Source of the DNA: Dictyostelium discoideum
Lineage: Eukaryota
DNA: 64,000 bases
NCBI GenBank assembly: GCA_000004695.1
Contig: CM000155.2
Span: 3,520,001-3,584,000, forward strand
Direction of reading: 5' to 3'
Below are positions 53,520-63,990 of this stretch, piece by piece. Position numbers and translations under genes: made by a program. The stretch's first letter is position 1. Each line of letters starts with the position of its first letter. The notes beneath the pieces were generated by a model. The model had not been told where the DNA came from. It worked only from the letters and a program-made list of their open reading frames with translations, and made no database searches.

Positions 53520-54057
53520 TGAATATGATTAATGAGATCTCATTTTATTTAATTCTAAGGTAGAAAGTTTAAAGCATTATAATAAAAGTAAAGTGTTTAG
53601 TGTCGCTATGTATTACGTTACGTGTTTTTATTAAATTTGTTTTTAATGTTTAAGATTTTTGTCATCCTTCAAAAAATTAGCTTTAACTTAATTCGTTTTT
53701 TTTTTTTTTTGAATTGGATAACGCAATTATTAGTTGCTTCTCCTTGAGATGCTAGATCTCATTTTATTTTTATTTTTATTTTTTTTTTTTACAGGGTCTC
53801 TAAAAGAGGGGTTAGTTTACTTTTTTTTTTTTTTTATTATTTTTTTTTTTTTTTTTTTTTTTTCGAATTTTGAATTGTATTATTACTTTTGATTAAAATA
53901 TGTCCAAGGAGATTTTTGCTTTAACCCATCAATATGAGCAGTGTATATTACTTCCTACTCTTGATCTAGGTCCTCTATGTATTTACGAGCCCTCAGGGTA
54001 TCGGACCGTTGTCCTAGGGTGTGCAAGTCAATCTCTTAACCCTGCACTATCAGGGGC
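53520..54057. mobile_element. GC-richer, ORF-free repeat block ending about 48 bp upstream of tRNA-Phe; putative TRE5-type (tRNA-upstream) retroelement fragment
   Basis: GC is about 40-45% over 53880..54057, with internal direct repeats (AGATCTCATTTTATTT at 53535 and 53750) and poly-T runs. The distance from the block end to the tRNA (about 48 bp) matches the known TRE5 integration position. I cannot recognise the TRE5 module sequences themselves. Confidence 0.3.
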
Positions 54058-54105
54058 CCATTAACTTAATTCGTATTAAAGTGTTAAAAATATAAATTTC
54101 ACTAA

Positions 54106-54179
54106 GCCTTAGTAGCTCAGTTGGTATGAGCGTGAGACTGAAGATCTTAAGGTCGCTGGTTCGATCCCGGCCTGAGGCA
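54106..54179 (+). tRNA. tRNA-Phe (anticodon GAA)
   Basis: Cloverleaf: acceptor GCCTTAG/CTGAGGC (one G-U), D-arm GCTC-AGTTGGTAT-GAGC, anticodon stem TGAGA/TCTTA with loop CTGAAGA, variable AGGTC, T-arm GCTGG-TTCGATC-CCGGC, discriminator A. Confidence 0.85.
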
Positions 54180-54209
54180 ATAATTTCAAAAGAATAATCA
54201 TCGGATCGT

Positions 54210-54221
54210 AAGTTCGATTCC
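54210..54221 (+). promoter_or_regulatory. external B-box (ex-B) downstream of tRNA-Phe
   Basis: AAGTTCGATTCC about 30 bp after the tRNA is a near-perfect B-box (GGTTCGANTCC). Confidence 0.5.
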
Positions 54222-54380
54222 TGATTAGGGATATAACAGTCACTGCAAAAATATAAAAAAGAAAAAGATTGAAAATTAATTCTTTCAATTTTTAAGACCC
54301 AAACTATTCCTTAAACAAATAATCAAATTAAGAAAATTAACCTACAAAGTCAGAATTAGTACTACCAAATATTATACTGT

Positions 54381-57300
54381 AATGGAATGTCAGAGGTTGG
54401 GGCACTGACACCTCCTTCAAAAACAAAACAGACTTTATCAAATCCCAATCCCCCCCAAACTCATTGGCACTAACCATAGTCAATGAACTCAACGCCGACG
54501 CAACACAAGCACACCAGCTATTCCCTGGCTCCATCATTAGCGCAACCAAAAGAGGCAACGGAATAGGAATACTAAACCACAACAACCAAAACATAAAACT
54601 CTCACCAATATTCATAATAGAAGGTAGACTAATAATATCAGACATTCTAATAAAAGATACCACAACGAGAATCTTGGCCATATACGCCCCGGCCCAACCT
54701 GATAAAAGAAAAACACTAGCTTCAACACTAAACAAACACTTCAACAACCAATACCACAACCTAACGTCTAACCCTAAAAAAAACATAGACATCATAGCAG
54801 GCGACTTCAACTGTTTAGACTTCAATGACAATCACACATCAAATGATGACCAAGGCAACTTGACAACACAATCCCCAGATGAGATGGCCACAGTAATCGA
54901 AGCCATCAGAATTTCAAATAACCTAATGGATATGGACCAACTAAATAAAAGACCCACCTTCTCAAGAACGATACACAACACAAACAATAACCTCACAAGA
55001 ATCTTGGAAAGGAGACTAGACAGAATATACCTTAACAATAGCATAATCAACTACAGCCAATTATACTTAAGGAACCTAATCCCCCCAAAAATTAACGACA
55101 TACCTCTATCAGATCACAACTTCCTATCAACCACTTTCACTCTACCCAACATACAGATGAACAAGCGCAGATGGAGATTAAAAAAATCCTCAATCCTCTC
55201 AAGCATAATGCTTAAGAAAATAGACTTCCTACTTAACGATTATTCAAGGGAGCTGTCATCCAACCATAACTCTATTTCCTTCTCTCAACTCAACAGCTTA
55301 CTAAACAAAATAAAACAACTATACACAGAATTTCAAAAACAAAACGACTACAACAATAAGGCAAACATCAAAAATCTAATCTCCCTACTAGAGACAGAAT
55401 TTAAAGACCAAGCCTTCGCAACCCTTTCAGCAATAAATGAATCTAAAAAAAGAGAAGAACAACTTAAACAAGAATTGAACAACTATTGCGAAGAAACCTC
55501 ACTCAAGTACATCTCCGCGAGAATCAAGAAAAGACACAATGATTTCACCATCAACGCAGTAAAAGATGCACAAGGTAGAACAATTAACAAACAGGAATTG
55601 ATCGAAGAAGAATACGTAAAATATTACTCAAATCTTTATGACTACAAAGAAGATGACCCACTATCTCATTACGAAATGTTGGAAAATTGGACAGTGACCA
55701 GGGACTCAACATGGGACAACCTTGAAAATGAATTCACCTCACAAGAAATCCTAGAAGTAATAAAACAACTGAACCCACACAAATCTCCAGGTCCAGATGG
55801 AATTCCAAACTTATTCTACATAACACACAAAGAAAAACTAGCTCCAATACTGGCCTCAGCATTCAACGACACTCTAAGAAATCCTCATCTAATTAGCAAA
55901 AATTACAAAGAAGGCCTCATTATCACGATACCTAAAAAGGGAGACCCCGAACTAATCAAAAACAGAAGACCAATTACACTGGCTAACTGTATATATAAAA
56001 TCCACTCAAAGCTAATAAACAATAGAATAATCCCAATACTAACGAAAGTGATCAACCACAATCAAAAAGGTTTCGTACCAGGCAGATTCATTCTAGATAA
56101 TATCATATCAATGAACGAATTAATCAACTATTGTAATGATAAAAGAATTAACGGAATAATTACACTATATGATTTCGAAAAAGCTTTTGACTCGATCTCA
56201 CACGGTTCAATACTTAGATCACTACAACACATCAACATTCCAACCAATATAATCAACCTGATAATGAATCTACTCACCAAATCTGAAGCAAGAATTGAAA
56301 TTAATGGTAGAACTACTATACCCTTTGAGATCAAAAGAGGAGTTAAACAAGGAGATCCACTATCACCCACCCTGTTCGTCCTTGTAATAGAGGCTTTAGC
56401 TAGAAAAATTTTACAAGATGACCGAATTACTGGCCTTCCTCTAAACAACAGCAACCACAGAGAGAAATTCCAAAGCTTTGCAGACGACTCGGCTTCAATG
56501 GTCCCAGACTCTCAACAACTTGAATTAGTACTACAACACTTCAATTCATTTTGCAAAGCCACTTCCTCAAAACTAAACATCGACAAATCTTCATCAATTC
56601 TTATAGGCAACCCAGACAATACCAACCAAAGAATTCCAATATCTACAAATCCAGAAAGATACTTGGGATACTTCTTCACAGGCAAAGGGATAACAAGAAA
56701 AATGCCAGAAATATTAAACACAATAAGATCATCCTTAGTACTATGGAAAACCACTGACTCAACAATCAAAACCAAAACCAACATCCTCAAAGCATTCGCA
56801 CTCTCTAAATTAACCTACTATTCATATGTAGAGAACTTTAAGGAAGAGGAATTAAACCAAATCAATAAATTAGTCGAATGGTTTTTATCGGCACCAAACA
56901 ACAAAAATGCTAGTGGATTTCAAGTTATTAATTTAATGAGAACCAAAAGAGCAAGATACCCACTAAAAGTAGGGGGCTGGAACATTTGGAATATAGAATT
57001 GAGACAACTGGCGCAGAAACTTTGGATCATAAACCAGTTCATCCTAGCACTAGAAACCAAACAAACAAACTCATCTCATCACAAAAGCTGGGAATATCAG
57101 ATCCAAAAAAACAAATTCACATCCAGATACCTAAAAGAAAACTTAGACGAATGGAACAAAATAAGAATAAAAAAAGCAATCTTCAACAATAATCTCACAT
57201 CCATAAAAAACGAAAATGGACAACCACTTTCACTGGCAGAATGGTATACCACAATTCAAGACCAAAATCCAACCATCCCTAAAACGGAATTCCAATCATC

Positions 57301-58179
57301 TCTAAACTTAAGAGGCTACAGCTATAATCAACTCTTCAACAACATACTGAAGATAAAAGACCCTAAAACAAGAGACACAATGTTTAGATTCCATGCCAGA
57401 TGCCTTCCAATAAACTACCTTCACAACAAACAATGCCCACTCTGCAAAGAAGATATGAGCAAAGACCCATACGGTCACCTGTTCTTCTCATGCAAGAAAA
57501 CAAAACAATTCATAAAAATAAATAAACTCAAAAATTTCATCTATATTACCACAGGCAAAGGTAAAAACTGGCATCATACAAGAATTAGGCAAAATAACAA
57601 TTTCATTAATAGAATAACTCCAAAATTATCACCGACAGCCAAAAAAGATCAAGAAGTGAATGCAGATTACGCCAACCACAGATTCCACAAAGAATACTTT
57701 GAATGGAACTATAAAGCAATAGACTATGATCTAACCAGATCATTCGCATATAGAAACCTAATGGCCCTTATCCTCCACAACATTTGGATTTGGATTTGCA
57801 ATCAAATATACAGTGAAGATCCTTTAACAAATGAATCACTATCATACAGCTCCCTTCTAAAGAAATGGCACAAATTGGCCACTCTAGAATACATCAAAAA
57901 AGCAAAAGATCTGAAAAACTTATCAGCAAAAGACCATAATAATTTCAAAGATCCTAAGATCCTTCTCACCTCAACGATCAAGCTAAGAAAAACAACAGCT
58001 AATTACTATTGTATTCCAGAATCATCTCTCCCAAATATTATATCTTTTGATCAATTCATATGATTAAAATAACCCTTCAGCTTAAATGATAAGCCTATAA
58101 ATAAATATTAAATAAAAACTCGTATTAACACAGATGGACATATATCAATCTTGTTAATCCAATATTAAAAAAAAAAAAA
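54381..58179 (+). mobile_element. TRE3-type (tRNA-3'-targeted) non-LTR retrotransposon, 5'-truncated copy lacking ORF1, with a 3' A13 tail
   Basis: Sits about 200 bp downstream of tRNA-Phe in the same orientation and contains an APE-RT-CCHC ORF2. It ends in an A13 run at 58167..58179. It is flanked by an exact 30-bp direct repeat CAGAATTAGTACTACCAAATATTATACTGT (54351..54380 and 58203..58232), plus a second 20-bp duplication ATATTATACTGTTGATTTAT (58179..58198 and 58221..58240). GC content is clearly above the surroundings. Confidence 0.6.
54464..58063 (+). CDS. retrotransposon ORF2: N-truncated apurinic-endonuclease domain, reverse transcriptase (F-ADD variant), C-terminal Cys-His zinc knuckle
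   Basis: The APE domain is missing its first motifs (it starts around ...RILAIYAP..., ...IAGDFNCL). RT motifs are PITLANCIYKIHSKLINNRI, FVPGRFILDNI, ITLYDFEKAFDSISHG, QGDPLSPTLFVLVIEALAR and SFADDSA. The C-terminal knuckle is CPLCKEDMSKDPYGHLFFSCKKT. The reading frame has no ATG; the track start is a TTG just after an in-frame TGA, consistent with 5' truncation. Confidence 0.8.
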   Translation: MALTIVNELNADATQAHQLFPGSIISATKRGNGIGILNHNNQNIKLSPIFIIEGRLIISDILIKDTTTRILAIYAPAQPDKRKTLASTLNKHFNNQYHNLTSNPKKNIDIIAGDFNCLDFNDNHTSNDDQGNLTTQSPDEMATVIEAIRISNNLMDMDQLNKRPTFSRTIHNTNNNLTRILERRLDRIYLNNSIINYSQLYLRNLIPPKINDIPLSDHNFLSTTFTLPNIQMNKRRWRLKKSSILSSIMLKKIDFLLNDYSRELSSNHNSISFSQLNSLLNKIKQLYTEFQKQNDYNNKANIKNLISLLETEFKDQAFATLSAINESKKREEQLKQELNNYCEETSLKYISARIKKRHNDFTINAVKDAQGRTINKQELIEEEYVKYYSNLYDYKEDDPLSHYEMLENWTVTRDSTWDNLENEFTSQEILEVIKQLNPHKSPGPDGIPNLFYITHKEKLAPILASAFNDTLRNPHLISKNYKEGLIITIPKKGDPELIKNRRPITLANCIYKIHSKLINNRIIPILTKVINHNQKGFVPGRFILDNIISMNELINYCNDKRINGIITLYDFEKAFDSISHGSILRSLQHINIPTNIINLIMNLLTKSEARIEINGRTTIPFEIKRGVKQGDPLSPTLFVLVIEALARKILQDDRITGLPLNNSNHREKFQSFADDSASMVPDSQQLELVLQHFNSFCKATSSKLNIDKSSSILIGNPDNTNQRIPISTNPERYLGYFFTGKGITRKMPEILNTIRSSLVLWKTTDSTIKTKTNILKAFALSKLTYYSYVENFKEEELNQINKLVEWFLSAPNNKNASGFQVINLMRTKRARYPLKVGGWNIWNIELRQLAQKLWIINQFILALETKQTNSSHHKSWEYQIQKNKFTSRYLKENLDEWNKIRIKKAIFNNNLTSIKNENGQPLSLAEWYTTIQDQNPTIPKTEFQSSLNLRGYSYNQLFNNILKIKDPKTRDTMFRFHARCLPINYLHNKQCPLCKEDMSKDPYGHLFFSCKKTKQFIKINKLKNFIYITTGKGKNWHHTRIRQNNNFINRITPKLSPTAKKDQEVNADYANHRFHKEYFEWNYKAIDYDLTRSFAYRNLMALILHNIWIWICNQIYSEDPLTNESLSYSSLLKKWHKLATLEYIKKAKDLKNLSAKDHNNFKDPKILLTSTIKLRKTTANYYCIPESSLPNIISFDQFI

Positions 58180-58280
58180 TATTATACTGTTGATTTATAC
58201 ACCAGAATTAGTACTACCAAATATTATACTGTTGATTTATTTATTAACTATCTTAATCTCAAAAAAATATTTACTCCACA

Positions 58281-58332
<52 letters not shown>

Positions 58333-58830
58333 TTAAATTCATTAAACCTAATAATTACTGTTTATTTCCTTAATGGATAAACATTGATTAATCATTATAA
58401 AAATAAAAAAATAAAAAAAACTACAAAAAAAAGGTAGGAAATCTAACATATTGCCATAATAAATTTGAAATTAATTTATCCCCAAATACTTTTTTATATA
58501 AATTATAAATGTCCTCCATTATAATTTAAAATGAATGATGATAAATAAAAAAAAATAAAATGTCTATTAATTATTTGTTTAAAGATTCGATAATATTATT
58601 TGATTAAAAAAAAAAAAATAAAAATATTTCATATGAAATTTACTTTTCTAAAAAAAAAAAAAAAAAAAAAAAAATATTTGTTTTCAAAAAAATTCTAAAA
58701 AAAAAAAGGTTATTTAGAATTGGATTTTTTTGGTTAATTTTAAATAAAATAATTATAAAAATTAATTTTAGGCGTCTCATTTAATAGGTTATTTATATAC
58801 TACAAGAATAAATTAAAATTTTATTGGTGA

Positions 58831-59013
58831 TTATATTTTATCTGATTGGTCGTCAGAATCTAAAAATGATTCAAGTTCTTCTTTGTTTGGATTTTCAATA
58901 ACTATATTCTCTATTGTTACTTCTGAACCAGTATTTGATTCTGATATTGAATTATTTTGTATATTATTATTTATATTATTATTTTTATTATTATTATTAT
59001 TATTACTATTATA

Positions 59014-59046
<33 letters not shown>

Positions 59047-59230
59047 TTGATTATTTATATTATTATTTATATTATTATTACTATTATTTAAATTTTTTGG
59101 TGGATTTGAAAATTTTCTTTCTTTTTCAGATAATAAATTTTCAAGATCTTTTCTTTCTTTTAATATTTTTTCTCTTTCAAACTTTTGATATTGTAATGAT
59201 AAATCTTCTTGAAGTTTATTAAGTTCAAGT
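58831..59230 (-). CDS. dysbindin-like coiled-coil protein, 3' exon (heptad-rich then Asn-rich, acidic C-terminus)
   Basis: A 71-nt A/T intron (59231..59301) ends in TTTTTTAAG. The junction AA+A gives Lys, then LELNKLQEDLSLQYQKFEREKILKERKDLENLLSEKERKF...NPNKEELESFLDSDDQSDKI, stop at 58831..58833. Confidence 0.45.
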
Positions 59231-59301
59231 CTTAAAAAAAAAAAAAATATATTAGTAAAAATAATAAAAAAAAAACAAATAATGATGATAATAATAATTA
59301 C

Positions 59302-59936
59302 TTTTTTAAAGAATCAAATTTAATAATTTCAGATTCTTTTTTATCTTTCCATTTTGATAATTCACTATCTAAATAATTATCAATATCTAAAGATAAATTA
59401 ATTTCTAAAGATTCAATTTTTGAAATGATTGAATCTAAATTTAATTGAATGGTTTCAACCAAAGTGTTGAGTTCACCTAATTTTGAAAATTCAGCATCAG
59501 CTTTCTTCCAAACATCATGTTGATAGGCACAAACTTTAATTAATTCTGGAAACTTTTTATCAACCTCTTCAGCATGTTCTGCAAGTATTTGACCATTGAT
59601 TCTAATTTGTTTTAATTTTACTTCAAAGTTTCTTAATAATAAAGTACCATTATATAAATCTACCTCTTTTAAACTATCTTTTTGTTGTGAAACATTTGGT
59701 ATTGATTGTGGATTCATATAGAGAGGGTTGGTAACAGATGATGTTAATGAGGAAACTGTAGATAATACTGATGCTGGTACTTCAATATCTTTAATTGTAT
59801 CCATCTCCAATCTTAATGAACTATTTAATGCTTGAACAACTGTTGATTCTTTAATTGCATCAACCATTGGTTGGTAATTTAAATTGGTTGGATTTAATGA
59901 TTTTAATGTTTCTGTTAAATTTTCTGTAGTTGTCAA
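59302..59936 (-). CDS. coiled-coil protein, dysbindin (BLOC-1 subunit)-like; internal exon (track Met is a TTG inside an open frame)
   Basis: CAYQHDVWKKADAEFSKLGELNTLVETIQLNLDSIISKIESLEINLSLDIDNYLDSELSKWKDKKESEIIKFDSLKK resembles the dysbindin domain (SAHWEKRQ...LEASFEEVENNLLHLEDL...NYKKNKRKELETFKAEL). The stop lies in the donor AAAAA|GTAATTATT (exon ends 59302, phase 2). The frame is open upstream through a ~55-codon AAT run to a TAG that forms the acceptor AATTTTAG near 60190, so at least one more 5' exon exists that I could not place. Confidence 0.4.
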
Positions 59937-59961
59937 TGATTCATTTGTATTTAATGTTGAT

Positions 59962-60128
<167 letters not shown>

Positions 60129-60752
60129 TTCTTGTGGTAATTGTTGAGATTGAGGTTGTTGTTGTGGTGATGATAAAATTGTACTCTTTCTAATTGACTC
60201 TGTACTAAAATTTTTAATTTTAATTTTAATAAATTAATAAAAAAAATAAAAATTAAAATGAAAAAAATAATGAAAAATAAGATTTACGTTTCTTCAAATT
60301 TTTTTAAAAATGATTTAAACCTTTTTAAAATATATAGTGGCAATAACAAATAATTATTTGAATGTATAAAAAAAAAAAAATATCAATGAAAAAAAAAATA
60401 AAATAAAATAAAATAAAAAAAAAAATGAAAAATCAAAAAAAAAAAAAAAAAAAAAAAAAAAAGATTTTTTTTTTTTTTTAAATTGCAGTTTTTATTTTTT
60501 TTTTTATTTGGAAACTAAATTTAAAAAGGTTTTTTTTTTTTTTTTTTTTTTTTAATCAGATTATTAACTTTAAAGTAAATTTTTATAAAAAAAAAAAATG
60601 ATTAAAGTTGGAAATTATCTTGATCAAAAAAATAAAAAAAAAAAAAAAAAACAAATAATATCTTTGAAATAATTTATCCACACTTTATTTAGTTTTTTTA
60701 TCCATTTATACAGTTTTTTGAAAAGTTTAATTATGAATCATAGAACCCCCTA

Positions 60753-60807
<55 letters not shown>

Positions 60808-60984
60808 GAATAAAAAAAAAATGAATATTTGTTTTATAATTATATTTTATTTTAAATCTTTATTTTAAAAGAAAATATTTTATTTTGTTTAATTGCAATT
60901 TTATTTATTTTTAATATAAATTTTTAACTTTTTAAAAAAAAACATATTTTTTTTGTTTTTTTTTATTTTTTTAAAATTTAAAAT

Positions 60985-62880
60985 TTAAAACCAAACATCT
61001 TTTTGATAACGTTTTTCTTTTTCTAATTTGTGAAGTAAAGCTTGAGCATCAGCTTCATCAATTGACATATGTTTAGTGATGATGAGAGAAAGTGTTTCAT
61101 GAACTTGTGGAGCCATTGATTTAGCATCACCACAAATGTAAATATGACCACCAGCATTGATGAGATCACAAATTTGTTGACTATTTTCAAGGAGACGATT
61201 TTGAACGTAAACTTTTTGAGAGGTTTCACGAGAGAAAGCAGTGTAGAGTTTAATTAAACCATCGTTATGATATTGTTGTAACTCTTTGGAGTAAAGGAAA
61301 TCTTCATCAGAACGACGACAACCAAAATAGAGATGATTTTCACCAGTATGACCGAGTGCTTTTCTTTCTTGAATGAAACTAACGAATGGAGCAATACCAG
61401 TACCTGGACCAACCATGAGTATTGGAGTTGTTGGATCCTCTGGTAAACGGAAATCTGGATTATTGTTTATAAAGATTGAAACACGATCACCAACATTCAT
61501 ACGATCGGCCATATGAGTTGAAGCGATACCAACACGTTCACTACCATGAAGATCATATTTAACAACGGCAACACATAAGGAAACTGCCAATTTATTTTCA
61601 CTCATTGAAGAAGCAATACTATAGTAACGTGGTAATAATTTTGCTAATTGAGCTAATAAATCATCGATTGGTGGACGAGCAGAAGAAAACATCTTTAAGA
61701 TATCGATTAAATGATGATTTTCTAAAAATTCAACCAATTGTGTATTTGATTTACCAGTACCTTGAGCCAAGAGATTTGTTAATTTCTCTTTTTCTTGTTG
61801 ATTTTTAACATTATCTTTAAGGAGTTGTAATAATTCTGGTTTACAATTATGAATATCAAAACATTTGGTTAAGATATGAGTAAGGGTGATTTGAGATGGA
61901 TTTGGTTGTTCACCCTCTTGATAATGCCAACCTGGAGTTGAAACTTTGAAAGATGGTGATAATTTTAAGAGTGAGATAATTGCAGAAACCTCGGATGCAG
62001 CATTATCTGGAAGGATAGCTAAAGCATCACCTGGCACGTACTTGAGTTCACTATCACCCAATTCAAACTCTAAATGAATACCAACTTTATCACCTTTAGT
62101 GAGTACACGTTTAACCAAGAGTTTACTAGAGTATGGTTTCTTTTTATTGTATTTACCTTGAGAGAGTGCGAAAAGTTTTGCCTTTTCATAGAGGTAATCT
62201 TGACCTTCACGTTTTTCAACTCCACCCAATGTTGGAACTAAACCACACACGGTATCAATATAACGATCGAAACAAGTCCAATCTTCTTGATCAACTTCAA
62301 TACGATCTCTAAATCTCTTGGCACCCATCTCTTCAAATTGTTTATCCAAAGTTTTACCAGCTGCACAATAATGTGGATAAGAACGATCACCCAATGCTAA
62401 AACACTAAATTGAATATGTGAAAGATTTAAACGATTTGCTTCTAAATAATCAAAGAATGGACGGGCAGTGGTTGGTGGAACACCATCACCATAGGTTGAT
62501 GTAATAATGAGGACTATTTGTTCTTTTTCAAATTCAATAATCTCGTACTCTTCCATATCGATAATACGTGCCCAAAAACCTTCTAATTTGCTATTGATTG
62601 ATTCTTCCAATTTTTTGGCAACCTCTGCTGATAAACCATATTCAGTTCCATATAAAATTAAAATTGGACAAACATTATCTGATGGTTTTACAAATCTTTC
62701 TTTTTTCTCTTTAACAGCTGCTCTAGCTAAAGCTGCTGGATCTGGTGCATTAAATCCAAATTTATCACCTTCATCTTTTGAAACTGATGGTGCTGAAAAA
62801 AATTTATATAAATAATAAGTTGTTGTTACACCAGCACCTAATAATACTAAATTTTTTGGTTTTAAAATTACTGATTTCAT
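60985..62880 (-). CDS. NADPH-cytochrome P450 reductase (diflavin reductase: N-terminal membrane anchor, FMN flavodoxin domain, FAD/NADPH domain)
   Basis: TM anchor NLVLLGAGVTTTYYLYKFF. FMN domain ILILYGTEYGLSAEVAKKL...IITSTYGDGVPP. FAD motif RYYSIASS. NADPH motifs ILMVGPGTGIAPF, CGDAKSMAPQV. C-terminus ...YQKDVWF (CPR family ...LDVWS). Several Dictyostelium CPR paralogues exist, so no symbol is given. Confidence 0.8.
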   Translation of the reverse strand: MKSVILKPKNLVLLGAGVTTTYYLYKFFSAPSVSKDEGDKFGFNAPDPAALARAAVKEKKERFVKPSDNVCPILILYGTEYGLSAEVAKKLEESINSKLEGFWARIIDMEEYEIIEFEKEQIVLIITSTYGDGVPPTTARPFFDYLEANRLNLSHIQFSVLALGDRSYPHYCAAGKTLDKQFEEMGAKRFRDRIEVDQEDWTCFDRYIDTVCGLVPTLGGVEKREGQDYLYEKAKLFALSQGKYNKKKPYSSKLLVKRVLTKGDKVGIHLEFELGDSELKYVPGDALAILPDNAASEVSAIISLLKLSPSFKVSTPGWHYQEGEQPNPSQITLTHILTKCFDIHNCKPELLQLLKDNVKNQQEKEKLTNLLAQGTGKSNTQLVEFLENHHLIDILKMFSSARPPIDDLLAQLAKLLPRYYSIASSMSENKLAVSLCVAVVKYDLHGSERVGIASTHMADRMNVGDRVSIFINNNPDFRLPEDPTTPILMVGPGTGIAPFVSFIQERKALGHTGENHLYFGCRRSDEDFLYSKELQQYHNDGLIKLYTAFSRETSQKVYVQNRLLENSQQICDLINAGGHIYICGDAKSMAPQVHETLSLIITKHMSIDEADAQALLHKLEKEKRYQKDVWF

Positions 62881-63010
62881 TTTATTTTAAAATTTACAAA
62901 AAAAAAAAAAAAAAAAAATTGATTAGATATTTTTTTTTTTATTTTTTTAAAAATACAACAACTAAAATTATTTATAAATAATAGTTTTTTTTAAAAAACA
63001 CAAAACGAAA

Positions 63011-63051
<41 letters not shown>

Positions 63052-63282
63052 TGGGATTCGTGATCACTTTTAGTGAAAAAAAAAAAAAAATTAAAATAAA
63101 ATTAAAAATAAAATAAAATTTTTTTTTTCACAAAAATTTTATTTTATTTGGTTTTACAAAAATAATTAAAAAAAAAAAAAAAATATCCAATCAATTTTTT
63201 TTTTTGGCTCACAAATAATATTTAAAAATAGATTTTTATTTTTATTTATTTTTGTTTATTTTTTTTATTTTTTTATTTTTCT

Positions 63283-63990
63283 TTATTTTAAAATAAAAGG
63301 ATGAATTGTATTTTTTGATTTATAATTTAAAGTATCATTTAATAAAAATGAAAGTGAAGAATTACAATCTTGAATGGTTTGACCGATTGTAGTTGAAGAA
63401 ATGGTTGAATGAAATGAATCATTCTGAGGTTGTTGACAACTATATAGAGCAGCAGCAAAACTTGGATATTTTAATAAAGATATTGATTCATTTGCACGTT
63501 GAATTACTTGAGGATCAAAATATTGTTGATAACCAATAATTTTCATTAAACATAAAACTACACGAGATGTTGCATCTGGCCAACGTGATGCTATCTTTGT
63601 AAGGGAACTAATTAAATTTAACATTATATTAATATTATATTGTTCTTGTAATTTTTCAAAATCATCATTATCAATAATATTATTTAAATTAAAATTATTA
63701 ATATTATTTAAAATATTAATATTTAAATTATAATTTAAATTATAATTATTTATAAAATTTTGATTTTGATCATTTTCATTATCATTATTTTTTTTATCAT
63801 TATTTAATTTTTCAATATCATTATCATTTTCATTATTTTCAATATTTTTAATATCATTATTATTATTATTGGATGATGATGATTGTTCTTGTTGGTGTTG
63901 TTGTTGTTTTTGTTGTTGTTGTTGTTGTTGTTTCATTATTAAAGAAGATTGTTGTAATGATGATTGTGAAGAATTTGATAATGATTCCAT
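63283..63990 (-). CDS. 3' part of a gene of unknown function (Gln/Asn-rich N-side); the 5' end probably lies beyond the window edge
   Basis: ORF of 235 aa ending at 63283. The frame runs essentially to the window end, so the true start may lie beyond 64000. Confidence 0.35.
   Translation of the reverse strand: MESLSNSSQSSLQQSSLIMKQQQQQQQKQQQHQQEQSSSSNNNNNDIKNIENNENDNDIEKLNNDKKNNDNENDQNQNFINNYNLNYNLNINILNNINNFNLNNIIDNDDFEKLQEQYNINIMLNLISSLTKIASRWPDATSRVVLCLMKIIGYQQYFDPQVIQRANESISLLKYPSFAAALYSCQQPQNDSFHSTISSTTIGQTIQDCNSSLSFLLNDTLNYKSKNTIHPFILK

Noticed and set aside
54381-54466. Idea that ORF2 of the TRE3-like element begins at the ATG in AATGGAATG just after the 30-bp repeat.
   Set aside because: That ATG is in a different frame and hits TGA within 8 codons. 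The RT frame has an in-frame TGA around 54406 and no ATG before the TTG used by the track. This supports 5' truncation rather than an authentic start.
54337-56790. Minus-strand ORFs inside the retrotransposon (54337..54831, 54832..55050, 56128..56454, 56512..56790).
   Set aside because: They are antisense to the well-supported APE/RT ORF2, with no independent signals.
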